Positions 10,194-18,597 are shown, counted from the stretch's first letter. The stretch is 60,841 nucleotides of DNA from Eubacteriales bacterium (GCA_045531285.1 JAZSDT010000083.1:1-60841); one strand, 5' to 3'. Translations and numbers: made by a program. Notes: generated by a model from the sequence alone, not told the origin.

Positions 10194-10471
10194 GCGGCTA
10201 GCAGCCGCCGGCAAATCTCGCCTATCGTAACCTTTAAGTATGGCTCTACAACGTAAAACGGCGAGGTTGATTTAATGCAATTTCCTAGTAAACAAAAATG
10301 CAGCTAGCAGCCGCTGGCAATTCTCGCCTATCGTAACCTTTAAGTATGGCTCTACAACGTAAAACGGCGAGGTTGATTTAATGCAATTTCCTAGTAAACA
10401 AAAATGCGGCTAGCAGCCGCTGACAATTCTCGCCTATCGTAACCTTTGAGTATGGCTCTACAACGTAAAAC
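10194..10471 (+). repeat. 106-bp structured intergenic repeat, 2.6 tandem units (locus A)
   Basis: Units start at 10194, 10300 and 10406 (exact 106-bp period). Unit sequence is GCGGCTAGCAGCCGC..TCTCGCCTATCGTAACCTTTAAGTATGGCTCTACAACGTAAAACGGCGAGGTTGATTTAATGCAATTTCCTAG... Confidence 0.95.
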
Positions 10472-10524
10472 AGTTATGGCATAATAATTGAGAAATTTAC
10501 CATAAAGCGAAAAAGGCTGATTTT

Positions 10525-11646
10525 TCAATCAGCCTTTTTTGCAATTCTTTCTATTACTGCCGCCGCTTCCGCACGCGTTGCAAAATTTTTGGGGAGAAAA
10601 CTGCTTCCGCTACCTGTCATTATGCCGTTTTCGGTTGTCCAGGCAATGTTGTCCTTTGCCCAATCTGAAATATTATCCTTATCCGAGTAATTGAGCTTTA
10701 CAGAAGATGCCACGTTCTTACCCTTAAATTTCGCCCAACGGCAAAGCATTGTAGCCATCTGCTCACGGGTTATATTGCTGTCGGGAGCAAATTCGGTATC
10801 ACTTACCCCAAAAACAATTCCTTTTTCATTTGCCCAAGCAACCGCCTTTTCGTACCAGCTTCCTTTTTGTACGTCGGTAAATTTGCATTCAACCGTGTCG
10901 GGCTGTTTTTCAAGCCTGTAAAGAAGTGTGACAAACATAGCTCTTGTAACGTTTAATTTAGGAGCAAATTCGGTTGGACTTACACCGTTGATTATTCCGT
11001 TTTCGTTAGCATATTTCACCGAGCCGTAGTACCAGTCTGATTCCTCAACGTCGTTAAAGGGATTCTTCCATTCCACCGGCTTATCGGGAACGGTTGGTGT
11101 AGTAGGAGTTGTAGGTGTAGTTGGTACAGTTGGTACAGTTGGTACGGTAGGTGTAGTTGGTGTAGTGGGTACGGTAGGTTCGGGTGGTTCTTTACCGTTG
11201 ATTTTAACAGTACCGGAAGCAAAGCTGGACTCTACCGGGGTAGAATTATTTTTGGCAACGGTGGATGCACTTATTTCATAAGAGCCTGAGAATGCATCGT
11301 CCTTTACAACAAATTCAACTGTGCAAAGCTCTCCTTCAAACTTCTGTGAATCCGTCAATCCAATTACGATAACGCCCTTGTCGCTATCAAAGGTAGGCGG
11401 AAGAATAGTTAGGTCGGAAATGGCGCTATTTTCCGTAAAGCCTGTAAACTCAAGCACAGAAGTGTCAAAGTTAAGCTTGGAAACAGCAAAAGAATTTGCT
11501 TCCTCTGTACACTTAAGTGAAAGAGTCAGCTTTACACTGTCGCCTGCATCAGCCTCAGCGCTTGACAAACTAAACACTGCCGAGCCTGCAAAAGCCGTAA
11601 GTGACAGCACAAATATCAATAAAAAAGTAATAATTAATTTTTTCAT
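10525..11646 (-). CDS. Cell-surface protein: signal peptide, cohesin-like domain, Pro/Thr linker, three SLH repeats
   Basis: MKKLIITFLLIFVLSLTAFA signal peptide. Cohesin-like GDSVKLTLSLK...LEFTGF...GELCTVEFVV. PTTPTTPTVPTVPTVPTTPTTPTTPTVP linker encoded by short tandem DNA repeats at about 11090-11170. SLH-type repeats (WYYGSVKYANENGIINGVSPTEFAP, WYEKAVAWANEKGIVFGVSDTEFAP, WAKDNIAWTTENGIMTG). Confidence 0.75.
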   Translation of the reverse strand: MKKLIITFLLIFVLSLTAFAGSAVFSLSSAEADAGDSVKLTLSLKCTEEANSFAVSKLNFDTSVLEFTGFTENSAISDLTILPPTFDSDKGVIVIGLTDSQKFEGELCTVEFVVKDDAFSGSYEISASTVAKNNSTPVESSFASGTVKINGKEPPEPTVPTTPTTPTVPTVPTVPTTPTTPTTPTVPDKPVEWKNPFNDVEESDWYYGSVKYANENGIINGVSPTEFAPKLNVTRAMFVTLLYRLEKQPDTVECKFTDVQKGSWYEKAVAWANEKGIVFGVSDTEFAPDSNITREQMATMLCRWAKFKGKNVASSVKLNYSDKDNISDWAKDNIAWTTENGIMTGSGSSFLPKNFATRAEAAAVIERIAKKAD

Positions 11647-11730
11647 AGCAATAGCCCCCATTTCGGCTCTATTATAGCAAACAATACGGAATTTTGCAAC
11701 ATCTTTTTATACTCGACTGTATGTTTTTAA

Positions 11731-11757
11731 ACAAAGTCGGCACTTTTGCATATTATA
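11731..11757 (+). promoter_or_regulatory. Sigma-K-like (late mother-cell) promoter candidate
   Basis: AC (11731-11732), 16-nt spacer, CATATTATA (11749-11757) fits the AC-N16/17-CATAnnnTA sigma-K pattern. Lies 35 nt upstream of the ATG at 11792. Confidence 0.35.
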
Positions 11758-11791
11758 CATTGACCGAATAATTTTAACAGGAGGAACAAAA

Positions 11792-12604
11792 ATGATTCAA
11801 AACAGTTGTACAACTAGCGGTCAGGGGTGCTGCTGCAACGATGACGTTTGTTGCATCGACACCTGCCGCATATACGATACAAGCAGAACGCAAGACTGTA
11901 TTGAGGGCTTGAGAGTCGTTCTCACACCCGAGGGCACACAGGTTCTTCAGAACTGCAGAAGTCCCAGGGCAAAAGAGGTTCGTGTCATATGGACACAGTT
12001 GAATGCAGACGAGCTGCCCTTCAACAGCGGTTATTATCAGGTAAGCATCCGTTATTATTTTTACGTAGTTCTTACTTGCTGCGTTAACGGTGTAAGTCAG
12101 GATATTGAAGGCCTTGCCATAAGCGAGAAAACGGTCGTTCTCTACGGAGGTGAGGGCAACGTAAGTGTGTTCACCTCGGACACGGATTCGGATCCTTGCT
12201 TCACACCCAATCTCAGCAACGTTATTCCCGGAAACAACCGTCCTAAAGTTGTTCTTGAAGTAGCAACTCCCATTCCCCTTTCGGTAAGTATTGTGGAAAA
12301 CTGCAACGGTATTCCTCTGCCTCCCGAATATGACAATATTCCCCAGCAGATAATCAATCTTTTCGACGGAGGACTGGACCTCAATCCCTGTAATACCATT
12401 GCAGTATGTCTCACTCTCGGAATCTTTGCGCTGGTAAGAATCGAAAGACCTTCACAGCTCATAATCCCCGCGTGCGAATACTGTATTCCCGATGCAGATA
12501 AAACTCCCGTTTCGGTAACGGATCCCTGTTCGATGTTCTGCTCCACGCCCTTCCCAATTGAAGAGTTTTATCCCAGCACCTGCGCTCAAAACAGAAACTC
12601 TTAA
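11792..12604 (+). CDS. Cysteine-rich hypothetical protein (possible spore coat/exosporium component)
   Basis: 270-aa ORF with an AGGAGG RBS. N-terminus SGQGCCCNDDVCCIDTCRIYDTSRTQDC. About 20 Cys in total. No TM helix or signal peptide. I recognise no named family. Confidence 0.6.
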   Translation: MIQNSCTTSGQGCCCNDDVCCIDTCRIYDTSRTQDCIEGLRVVLTPEGTQVLQNCRSPRAKEVRVIWTQLNADELPFNSGYYQVSIRYYFYVVLTCCVNGVSQDIEGLAISEKTVVLYGGEGNVSVFTSDTDSDPCFTPNLSNVIPGNNRPKVVLEVATPIPLSVSIVENCNGIPLPPEYDNIPQQIINLFDGGLDLNPCNTIAVCLTLGIFALVRIERPSQLIIPACEYCIPDADKTPVSVTDPCSMFCSTPFPIEEFYPSTCAQNRNS

Positions 12605-12623
12605 AATTTTTTCAAAAAAGGTA

Positions 12624-12652
12624 TTGACATTTACGCCGATTTATGATATCAT
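12624..12652 (+). promoter_or_regulatory. Putative sigma-A promoter of tRNA-Val
   Basis: TTGACA (12624-12629), 17-nt spacer, TATCAT (12647-12652). The tRNA starts about 10 nt downstream. Confidence 0.45.
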
Positions 12653-12662
12653 AAACGGCGTC

Positions 12663-12738
12663 GGGGGTTTAGCTCAGCTGGGAGAGCATCTGCCTTACAA
12701 GCAGAGGGTCACAGGTTCGAGCCCTGTAGTCCCCACCA
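12663..12738 (+). tRNA. tRNA-Val (anticodon UAC), CCA encoded
   Basis: Cloverleaf read by hand: acceptor GGGGGTT/AGTCCCC, D arm GCTCAGCTGGGAGAGC, anticodon loop CTTACAA, T arm ACAGGTTCGAGCCCTGT, 3' ACCA. Confidence 0.95.
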
Positions 12739-12742
12739 AAAC

Positions 12743-12780
12743 AAAAAAGAACACCTTTTGGTGTTCTTTTTTTGTTTTTA
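12743..12780 (+). terminator. Intrinsic terminator after tRNA-Val
   Basis: Stem AGAACACC/GGTGTTCT, loop TTTT, then TTTTTT. Flanking A-run. Confidence 0.85.
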
Positions 12781-12794
12781 CACTATTGGCTGTT

Positions 12795-13592
12795 TTATTC
12801 CAGGCCTTCTCGGTTTTGCTTTCTGAATTCTGTGGGAGGGATGCCGAATCTTTTTCTGAACTGTCCCGAAAAATAAACTCTGTCGCAAAAGCCAAGCTGT
12901 GTACTTATATCGGTTACCGTATTGTTGTCCCTTGAAAGCATTTGTCTTGCCTTCATAAACACCATATCGTCAACGTATCTGCCGATAGTGATACCCATTT
13001 CCTTCTTAAAGCAATTTCTCAGCTTACTTTCCGACACAAAAAGGTGATTTGCTATTTCGGAAACGCTTATTTTAACGTTCAGATTATCGTGAATATAATT
13101 TATCGCTTCTTCAACAAGCTGGCTGTAAAGCTTTACCGGCTTATCCTCTTCGGTATTGATGAATTCCATTACCGTCTGAGACAGCATTGTTCTGAGCTTT
13201 ATCATATCGGCATAACTGTCTGAGCACAAGCACTTCTCCAACGTCTTCATATACTCGGCAGAGCAAGGCAAAGACTTTACTGTATCAAGCTTTGAAAGCA
13301 GATCGTATCTTTCGGCATCGGAAAATGTTATGTGGAAATATATTTTTTCAAGATGCGTACAGCCATAACTAAAGGTATGCTCGGAGGGTACTATATAAAC
13401 GTTACCGCCTGTCATACGGACCATGGTACCGTCGGTATCTATATGTCCCTCTCCTTCCTTTACGTAATACAGGCGGGTAAACGGACTGCACACTCCTTCA
13501 CGCTTCCAACTGCTGTCCAAGGAGCAAACCTCTCCCATATGCAACGTAAGGTCTATTTTATTAAAAGCATTTACAAACTGTTTAATATTCAT
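12795..13592 (-). CDS. AraC-family transcriptional regulator (cupin sensor plus HTH)
   Basis: C-terminal double HTH ISVSEIANHLFVSESKLRNCFKKEMG...VTDISTQLGFCDRVYFSGQFRKRFGIPPTEFR. Confidence 0.85.
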   Translation of the reverse strand: MNIKQFVNAFNKIDLTLHMGEVCSLDSSWKREGVCSPFTRLYYVKEGEGHIDTDGTMVRMTGGNVYIVPSEHTFSYGCTHLEKIYFHITFSDAERYDLLSKLDTVKSLPCSAEYMKTLEKCLCSDSYADMIKLRTMLSQTVMEFINTEEDKPVKLYSQLVEEAINYIHDNLNVKISVSEIANHLFVSESKLRNCFKKEMGITIGRYVDDMVFMKARQMLSRDNNTVTDISTQLGFCDRVYFSGQFRKRFGIPPTEFRKQNREGLE

Positions 13593-13639
13593 TTGAACCC
13601 CTTGCCTCCGGTGACAGTTCTTGCGTATGTCATATAAAC

Positions 13640-13678
13640 GAGCTGTTTAAAAACTCTGTTTGGGTTTTTAAACAGCTC
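13640..13678. terminator. Long palindromic hairpin (terminator-like), GCTGTTTAAAA family
   Basis: Arms GAGCTGTTTAAAAAC (13640-13654) and GTTTTTAAACAGCTC (13664-13678). Lies between two minus-strand genes. Confidence 0.5.
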
Positions 13679-13685
13679 TCGGTTT

Positions 13686-14534
13686 TTATACGTTCTTTTT
13701 GAGGAAGTCGAATCCTGCACGAATAGCGGGCACACAGTCCTCCATACCTTCAAACTCTACGGAAACAAATCCGTCGTATCCTACTCTCTTGAGAGCCGCA
13801 ATACAGTTCTTAACAGGTACAACGCCGTGACCTACAATTGTTCCTCTTATATGGTTGCCGCCAAGAGTAGTGAAAAATCCTGAGGGACAATCAACGTTAC
13901 CTGCTTTGAAAAGGAAATCCTTTGCATGAACGTGGAACGTATAGGGTGCCGCAATTCCAACCGCAAGAACAGGGTCAGCGTCTGCGCAAAGGAAGTTTCC
14001 TATATCGCAAAGCCAACCGTAGTTATCACTTCCTACAGCGAGAATAAGTTCCTCGACTCTGTTGGGGCTCTGGAAAATGTAGCCGTGATTTTCCGTACAT
14101 GTCTTAATACCCTTTGTCTTTGCATACTCTGTTACCCTTCTGATACGGGGTGCCATGTCCTTGATAGCGTCCCTGTATGAATAAAGATGGTCCTTGGGAA
14201 GTGCATAGCAAACGTCATGTCTCATAACCGGTGCACCAAGCGCTGCGGCAATGTCAACACATTTGCAAACCTTTGCAATTTCCGCCTCAGCATCCTCTGC
14301 CAAGAAGTTTGCTCCAACGGTGTAAGCAGCTATCTCCAAGCCAATTTTTGCACAGTATTCCTTTATCTCTCCTGCAAGCTCGATAAGGTCAGTGCGTGTT
14401 GTGTAGCCCTCAAGTCCTACAAATTCGATACCGTCAAAGCCTATTTCCTTTGCGATATCGCACACCTTGAAGTAATCACAGCCTGTTTCTTTTATGTATT
14501 TTGAAAAGCTGTAGCTAGATACTCCTATTTTCAT
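13686..14534 (-). CDS. Sugar phosphate isomerase/epimerase (xylose-isomerase-like TIM barrel)
   Basis: 282 aa. Pattern IGFDGIEF...CTENH...HAKD...VSVEFEG is typical of the AP-endonuclease-2/XylA-like TIM-barrel family. Confidence 0.8.
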   Translation of the reverse strand: MKIGVSSYSFSKYIKETGCDYFKVCDIAKEIGFDGIEFVGLEGYTTRTDLIELAGEIKEYCAKIGLEIAAYTVGANFLAEDAEAEIAKVCKCVDIAAALGAPVMRHDVCYALPKDHLYSYRDAIKDMAPRIRRVTEYAKTKGIKTCTENHGYIFQSPNRVEELILAVGSDNYGWLCDIGNFLCADADPVLAVGIAAPYTFHVHAKDFLFKAGNVDCPSGFFTTLGGNHIRGTIVGHGVVPVKNCIAALKRVGYDGFVSVEFEGMEDCVPAIRAGFDFLKKNV

Positions 14535-14573
14535 AATGTTTTTTCCTCCGTATAATATTGTGATTTGATTCTA

Positions 14574-15407
14574 TCACAATTTTTTCTTTTTTTCAATAGT
14601 TTTTCTGTGTTTTTGTCTGAATTTCAACGGAGACATGCCGTGAGCTTTCTTGAATCTGTCCGAAAAATAATTACTGTCGTTAAAGCCGCAGGCATATGCA
14701 ATTTGGGAAACGGTTTTCAGCTCCCCTTCCTCCAGAAATTGCTCTGCCTTTTGAAGTCTTACAAGTGTGAGATACTCATTGAAGCCAAAGCCTGTTTCCT
14801 TTTTAAAGGTGCGTGACAAATGCTCCGGGCTGACCGAATGGGATTCTGCCATATCGTTCAGCGTTACGTCGGATTGATAATGCTCGGAAATATATTTTAC
14901 GGTATCTGCCACAAAAAGCGAATTGCCTCCGTTTTGTGCAGCCTTGTTTTTATTTCTTGCAAGGAGTATGAACAAATCCTCCACCAGATTTGTAATAACG
15001 GTTTCGGAGTGCTCGTCCATTGAGGAATATTCCTTCCCTATTGCATCGAAAATTTCCTTTATATCCTTTGACACGTTCTGATTTCTGTACAGATAGAGCA
15101 TTGAATCAAGTTTTACACCAACGCTTTGGGGAATGAAGTTCTGAGTGAAATTCAAAAGCTTGCGCTCGTAGGTTGACGTGTACAGTGTACGGTGAATAAC
15201 GTTTTCGGGAATAAGGATAACGTCTCCCGGCATAAGAGAATAGGTGCGGTCATCTATGAAATATTTGCATTCGCCCTTTATGAAGTAGTATATTTCAAAG
15301 TAGCTGTGATAGTGGTGCTTGCCCATTATGGGAGAAGGAGATACGTCGGTGTTTCTGTGCTCATAAAAAAATTCTTTTCCATCTGAGAATTTTATCGTCG
15401 GTATCAT
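14574..15407 (-). CDS. AraC-family transcriptional regulator (cupin N-terminus)
   Basis: HHYHSYFEIYYFIKGE cupin. C-terminal LNDMAESHSVSPEHLSRTFKKETG...VSQIAYACGFNDSNYFSDRFKKAHGMSPLKFR. Confidence 0.85.
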   Translation of the reverse strand: MIPTIKFSDGKEFFYEHRNTDVSPSPIMGKHHYHSYFEIYYFIKGECKYFIDDRTYSLMPGDVILIPENVIHRTLYTSTYERKLLNFTQNFIPQSVGVKLDSMLYLYRNQNVSKDIKEIFDAIGKEYSSMDEHSETVITNLVEDLFILLARNKNKAAQNGGNSLFVADTVKYISEHYQSDVTLNDMAESHSVSPEHLSRTFKKETGFGFNEYLTLVRLQKAEQFLEEGELKTVSQIAYACGFNDSNYFSDRFKKAHGMSPLKFRQKHRKTIEKKKKL

Positions 15408-15430
15408 TTTTATACCCCCTTTCCAAAAAA

Positions 15431-15639
15431 GCGGCTAGCAGCCGCTCGCAATTCTCGCCTATCGTAACCATTGGGTATAACCCTACAATGTAAAACGGCG
15501 AGGTTGATTTAATGCAAATTCCTTGCATATAAAAAAGCGGCTAGCAGCAGCCGGCATGCTCGCCTATCATAAATTTTGAGTAAAACATACAATGTAAACG
15601 GCGAGGTTGATTTAATGAAATTTCCTAGCATATAAAAAA
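15431..15639 (+). repeat. 106-bp repeat family, 2 tandem units (locus B)
   Basis: Units start at 15431 and 15537 (106-bp period). The second unit is more diverged. Lies in the divergent araC/GH4 intergenic region. Confidence 0.9.
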
Positions 15640-15757
15640 TTATATACCAATACATCAAAAAAATCAAGATTTGGACAAAAACTCGTCAAAAATATAAAGG
15701 ATTTTTTTAGAATCTTGATGTATAATATTCTTAAATCAATATAAAAGGAGAAATAAT

Positions 15758-17149
15758 ATGAAATACACAGACAAGGGTGTAGAAGGCGTAAAGATAGCAT
15801 ACGTGGGCGGAGGCTCAAGAGGCTGGGCATGGGGACTTATGAGTGACCTTGTATCAGCCGAGGATATGAACGGCGAAGTAGCACTTTACGACATCGACTT
15901 TGAAGCGGCAAAGCACAACGAAATAATCGGCAACAAATACAATGATGCCAAGGGTGCAAAGTCCCATTGGGATTACACGGCATACGAGAACGTCGGAGAT
16001 GCTCTCACAGGTGCAGACTTCGTTGTTATTTCAATTCTTCCCGGAACCTTTGACGAAATGGAAAGCGACGTACATACTCCCGAGAAATACGGAATCTATC
16101 AGGCGGTAGGCGACACAGTAGGTCCCGGCGGACTTATTCGTGCACTCCGTACTATTCCTATGTTCGAGGAAATTGCGCACAACGTTGAAAAATACTGTCC
16201 TGATGCGTGGGTTATCAACTATACCAACCCTATGACCATCTGTACAAAGGCGCTTTATAAGGCATTCCCCAAGATAAAGGCATTCGGCTGCTGTCACGAG
16301 GTATTCGGAACACAGGGACTTCTTGCTCAGATGATAACCGAAATGCACGGCATCGAGAAGCCCGACAGAAAGGATATCAAGGTTGAGGTTACGGGTCTTA
16401 ACCACTTCACATGGATAACAAAAGCTAAATATCGTGACATTGACATTTTTGAGGACTACAAGGTATTTGCTAAAAAATATGCAGAAACCGGCTACCTCAA
16501 GGGCAAGGATGAAAACTGGATGAACAATGTGTTCGACTGTTCCAACAAGGTTAAGTTCGACCTTTTCAACCGTTTCGGATACATTGCAGCGGCAGGTGAC
16601 AGACACCTTGCAGAAGACTGTGAGGGCAAGTGGTATCTTGAATCACCCGAGAAGGTAAAGGAATGGGGCTTCGGTCTCACACCTGTTTCCTGGAGAAAGG
16701 AAAACCTGAAGGAGCGTCTTGAAAAAAGCGAAAAGCTCCGCAACGGTGAGGAAGAGATAACGATAAATAACACAGGTGAAGAAGGTGTAAGCCAGATGAG
16801 AGCACTTTTGGGTCTTCACGATCTGGTTACAAACGTAAACCTTCCCAACATGGGACAGATACCCAATCTTCCTATCGGTGCGGTAGTTGAAACAAATGCG
16901 GCATTCAGAAACAACAGTGTACAGCCCATTTGCGCAGGTCCTCTTCCTTCAAGCATCTATCCTCTCGTTTCAAGAATATGCGGTCAGCAGGAGCTTATCA
17001 TTGAAGCGGCATTTGAAAGAGATCTTGAAAAGGCATTCACTGCCTTTACAAACGACCAGCTTGTAACCATCAACACAGAGGATGCAAGAAAGCTCTTTGA
17101 CGAGATGATAGAAAACACTAAAGACTACCTTAAGATGTACAATATTTAA
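15758..17149 (+). CDS. Glycoside hydrolase family 4 (LplD-like alpha-galacturonidase/alpha-glycosidase, NAD/Mn-dependent)
   Basis: KIAYVGGGSRGWAWGLMSDL...VALYDIDFEAAKHNEIIGN closely resembles the GH4 N-terminal Rossmann region. Also CHEV and INYTNPM motifs. Confidence 0.85.
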   Translation: MKYTDKGVEGVKIAYVGGGSRGWAWGLMSDLVSAEDMNGEVALYDIDFEAAKHNEIIGNKYNDAKGAKSHWDYTAYENVGDALTGADFVVISILPGTFDEMESDVHTPEKYGIYQAVGDTVGPGGLIRALRTIPMFEEIAHNVEKYCPDAWVINYTNPMTICTKALYKAFPKIKAFGCCHEVFGTQGLLAQMITEMHGIEKPDRKDIKVEVTGLNHFTWITKAKYRDIDIFEDYKVFAKKYAETGYLKGKDENWMNNVFDCSNKVKFDLFNRFGYIAAAGDRHLAEDCEGKWYLESPEKVKEWGFGLTPVSWRKENLKERLEKSEKLRNGEEEITINNTGEEGVSQMRALLGLHDLVTNVNLPNMGQIPNLPIGAVVETNAAFRNNSVQPICAGPLPSSIYPLVSRICGQQELIIEAAFERDLEKAFTAFTNDQLVTINTEDARKLFDEMIENTKDYLKMYNI

Positions 17150-17156
17150 GTATTTT

Positions 17157-17186
17157 TAAAACGGCGGATTTTTCCGCCGTTTTTGT
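17157..17186 (+). terminator. Intrinsic terminator after GH4 gene
   Basis: ACGGCGGA-TTTT-TCCGCCGT followed by TTTTT. Confidence 0.85.
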
Positions 17187-17201
17187 TTATACTAACTCAA
17201 A

Positions 17202-17300
17202 GCGGTCAGCGACCGCCGGCAATTCTCGCCTATTGCAATCTGTATATGTGCCAAACAAATCAGAACGGCGAGATTGGTTTAATGCAATTTCCCGGTATAT
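17202..17300 (+). repeat. 106-bp repeat family, single unit (locus C), abutting the brnQ start
   Basis: GCGGTCAGCGACCGC hairpin variant, CTCGCC...GGCGAG, GATTGGTTTAATGCAATTTCCCGGTATAT tail. Ends 20 nt before the brnQ ATG. Confidence 0.9.
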
Positions 17301-17319
17301 CCGAAGGGAAGGGTGTAAT

Positions 17320-18597
17320 ATGAACAGAAAAATAACAGTAGATTCACTTATAATAGGAGCGGCGCTTTTTGCCTCCTTCTTCGGTGCAGGGAATATGATA
17401 TTTCCTCCGTATCTGGGTCTTGAATCGGGCACGGATTGGTTTTGGGGATTTTTAGGCTTCTATATAGCCGACGTAGGACTTGCTATAACGGCAATTGCGG
17501 CGTTGGCAAGCAGAGGCTCGTTCAACAAAATTCTTGAGCCAATAGGAAAAACACCCCGTACTTTGCTAACTCTTGCCGTAGTTCTGTGTCTCGGTCCGCT
17601 AATCAGTATTCCGCGTACCTGTGCAACTACCTTTGAACTGAGCATACTTCCGTTATTCAAGGATGCACAGCTATACGTATTCAGCCCTGTGTTTTTTACA
17701 GTCACACTCCTTTTGTCCCTTAACGAAGCAAAAATCGTGGACGTTGTTGGAAAGGTGCTTACCCCATTGCTTGTGGCAGGGCTGTTATTTTTGATAATAA
17801 AGGGAATTCTTTTTCCGATATCCACCGACGTTGACGTTGTAAAAACGCCGTCTCCCGTTGCTTCGGGAATAAGCGCAGGATATCAGTCCATGGACGTGCT
17901 GGGTGCCGCAATACTTGACTCTCTCATTATCGGCAGTGCCGTCAAGCGCGGATATACTCAAAAAAAAGAAATACAACAGGTTGTGCTCGGTGCAGGTGCC
18001 GTTTCGGGAATAGGGCTTTTTGTCATATATCTCGGGCTGACGTACCTGGGTGCTACAGCCTCGACGGTCTTTAATATGCACACGTCACGCACACAGCTTC
18101 TCACAGGAATCGTCAATTTCATAATGCCGGGAAAATGGGGGCTTATTATTTTCGGAACAGTGGCAGGACTTGCCTGTCTCACCACTTCGGTGGCGCTCAC
18201 GGGTGCGGCGGCAAAATACTTTGAAAATATGTCACGCGGTAAAATCAGCTACAGGCTGTCAGCTGTTGTCATATCCATTGTGTCCTGCCTTTTGTCAATG
18301 CTTGGAGTGGAAAGAATTGTCGCCGTTGCCTCTCCTGTTCTTACGGTCATATATCCGCCGATACTGGTAATGATACTGCTCAGCTTTCTTCACAGATATC
18401 TCACGCCGCTATCCTACCGTCTGGCAGTCATCGCCTCAACGGCATACGGTATGGCAGAGGTGTTTTCCGATACAGCCGCACATAGCTTGCTTGGGTATCT
18501 TCCTCTTTCAAGCGTTGGGCTCGGATGGATACTTCCCTGTGCCCTGTTAGCGTTTACAGGCAGCAAATATGGACTTTTTAACGAAAAGAAAAAATAA
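17320..18597 (+). CDS. brnQ: Branched-chain amino acid transport system II carrier (LIVCS family)
   Basis: MNRKITVDSLIIGAALFASFFGAGNMIFPPYLG is the canonical BrnQ N-terminus. About 12 TM helices. ATG at 17320 after a GGGAAGGG RBS (the ORF-track extension from 17233 runs through the repeat). Confidence 0.9.
   Translation: MNRKITVDSLIIGAALFASFFGAGNMIFPPYLGLESGTDWFWGFLGFYIADVGLAITAIAALASRGSFNKILEPIGKTPRTLLTLAVVLCLGPLISIPRTCATTFELSILPLFKDAQLYVFSPVFFTVTLLLSLNEAKIVDVVGKVLTPLLVAGLLFLIIKGILFPISTDVDVVKTPSPVASGISAGYQSMDVLGAAILDSLIIGSAVKRGYTQKKEIQQVVLGAGAVSGIGLFVIYLGLTYLGATASTVFNMHTSRTQLLTGIVNFIMPGKWGLIIFGTVAGLACLTTSVALTGAAAKYFENMSRGKISYRLSAVVISIVSCLLSMLGVERIVAVASPVLTVIYPPILVMILLSFLHRYLTPLSYRLAVIASTAYGMAEVFSDTAAHSLLGYLPLSSVGLGWILPCALLAFTGSKYGLFNEKKK

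Noticed and set aside
10194-10471. Tandem repeat arrays (also at 15431-15639, 44772-45089 and 54779-54986) considered as CRISPR arrays.
   Set aside because: The whole 106-bp (or 110-bp) unit repeats head-to-tail with no unique spacers. The unit is far longer than CRISPR repeats, and no cas genes are present.
17233-17319. N-terminal extensions offered by the ORF track: brnQ from 17233, ligase 2 from 27208, LeuA-like from 36271, mntP from 35269, and MFS from 8805.
   Set aside because: The extensions run through a repeat unit, through riboswitch terminators, or into the upstream gene. In each case an internal ATG or GTG with a proper RBS matches the conserved family N-terminus.
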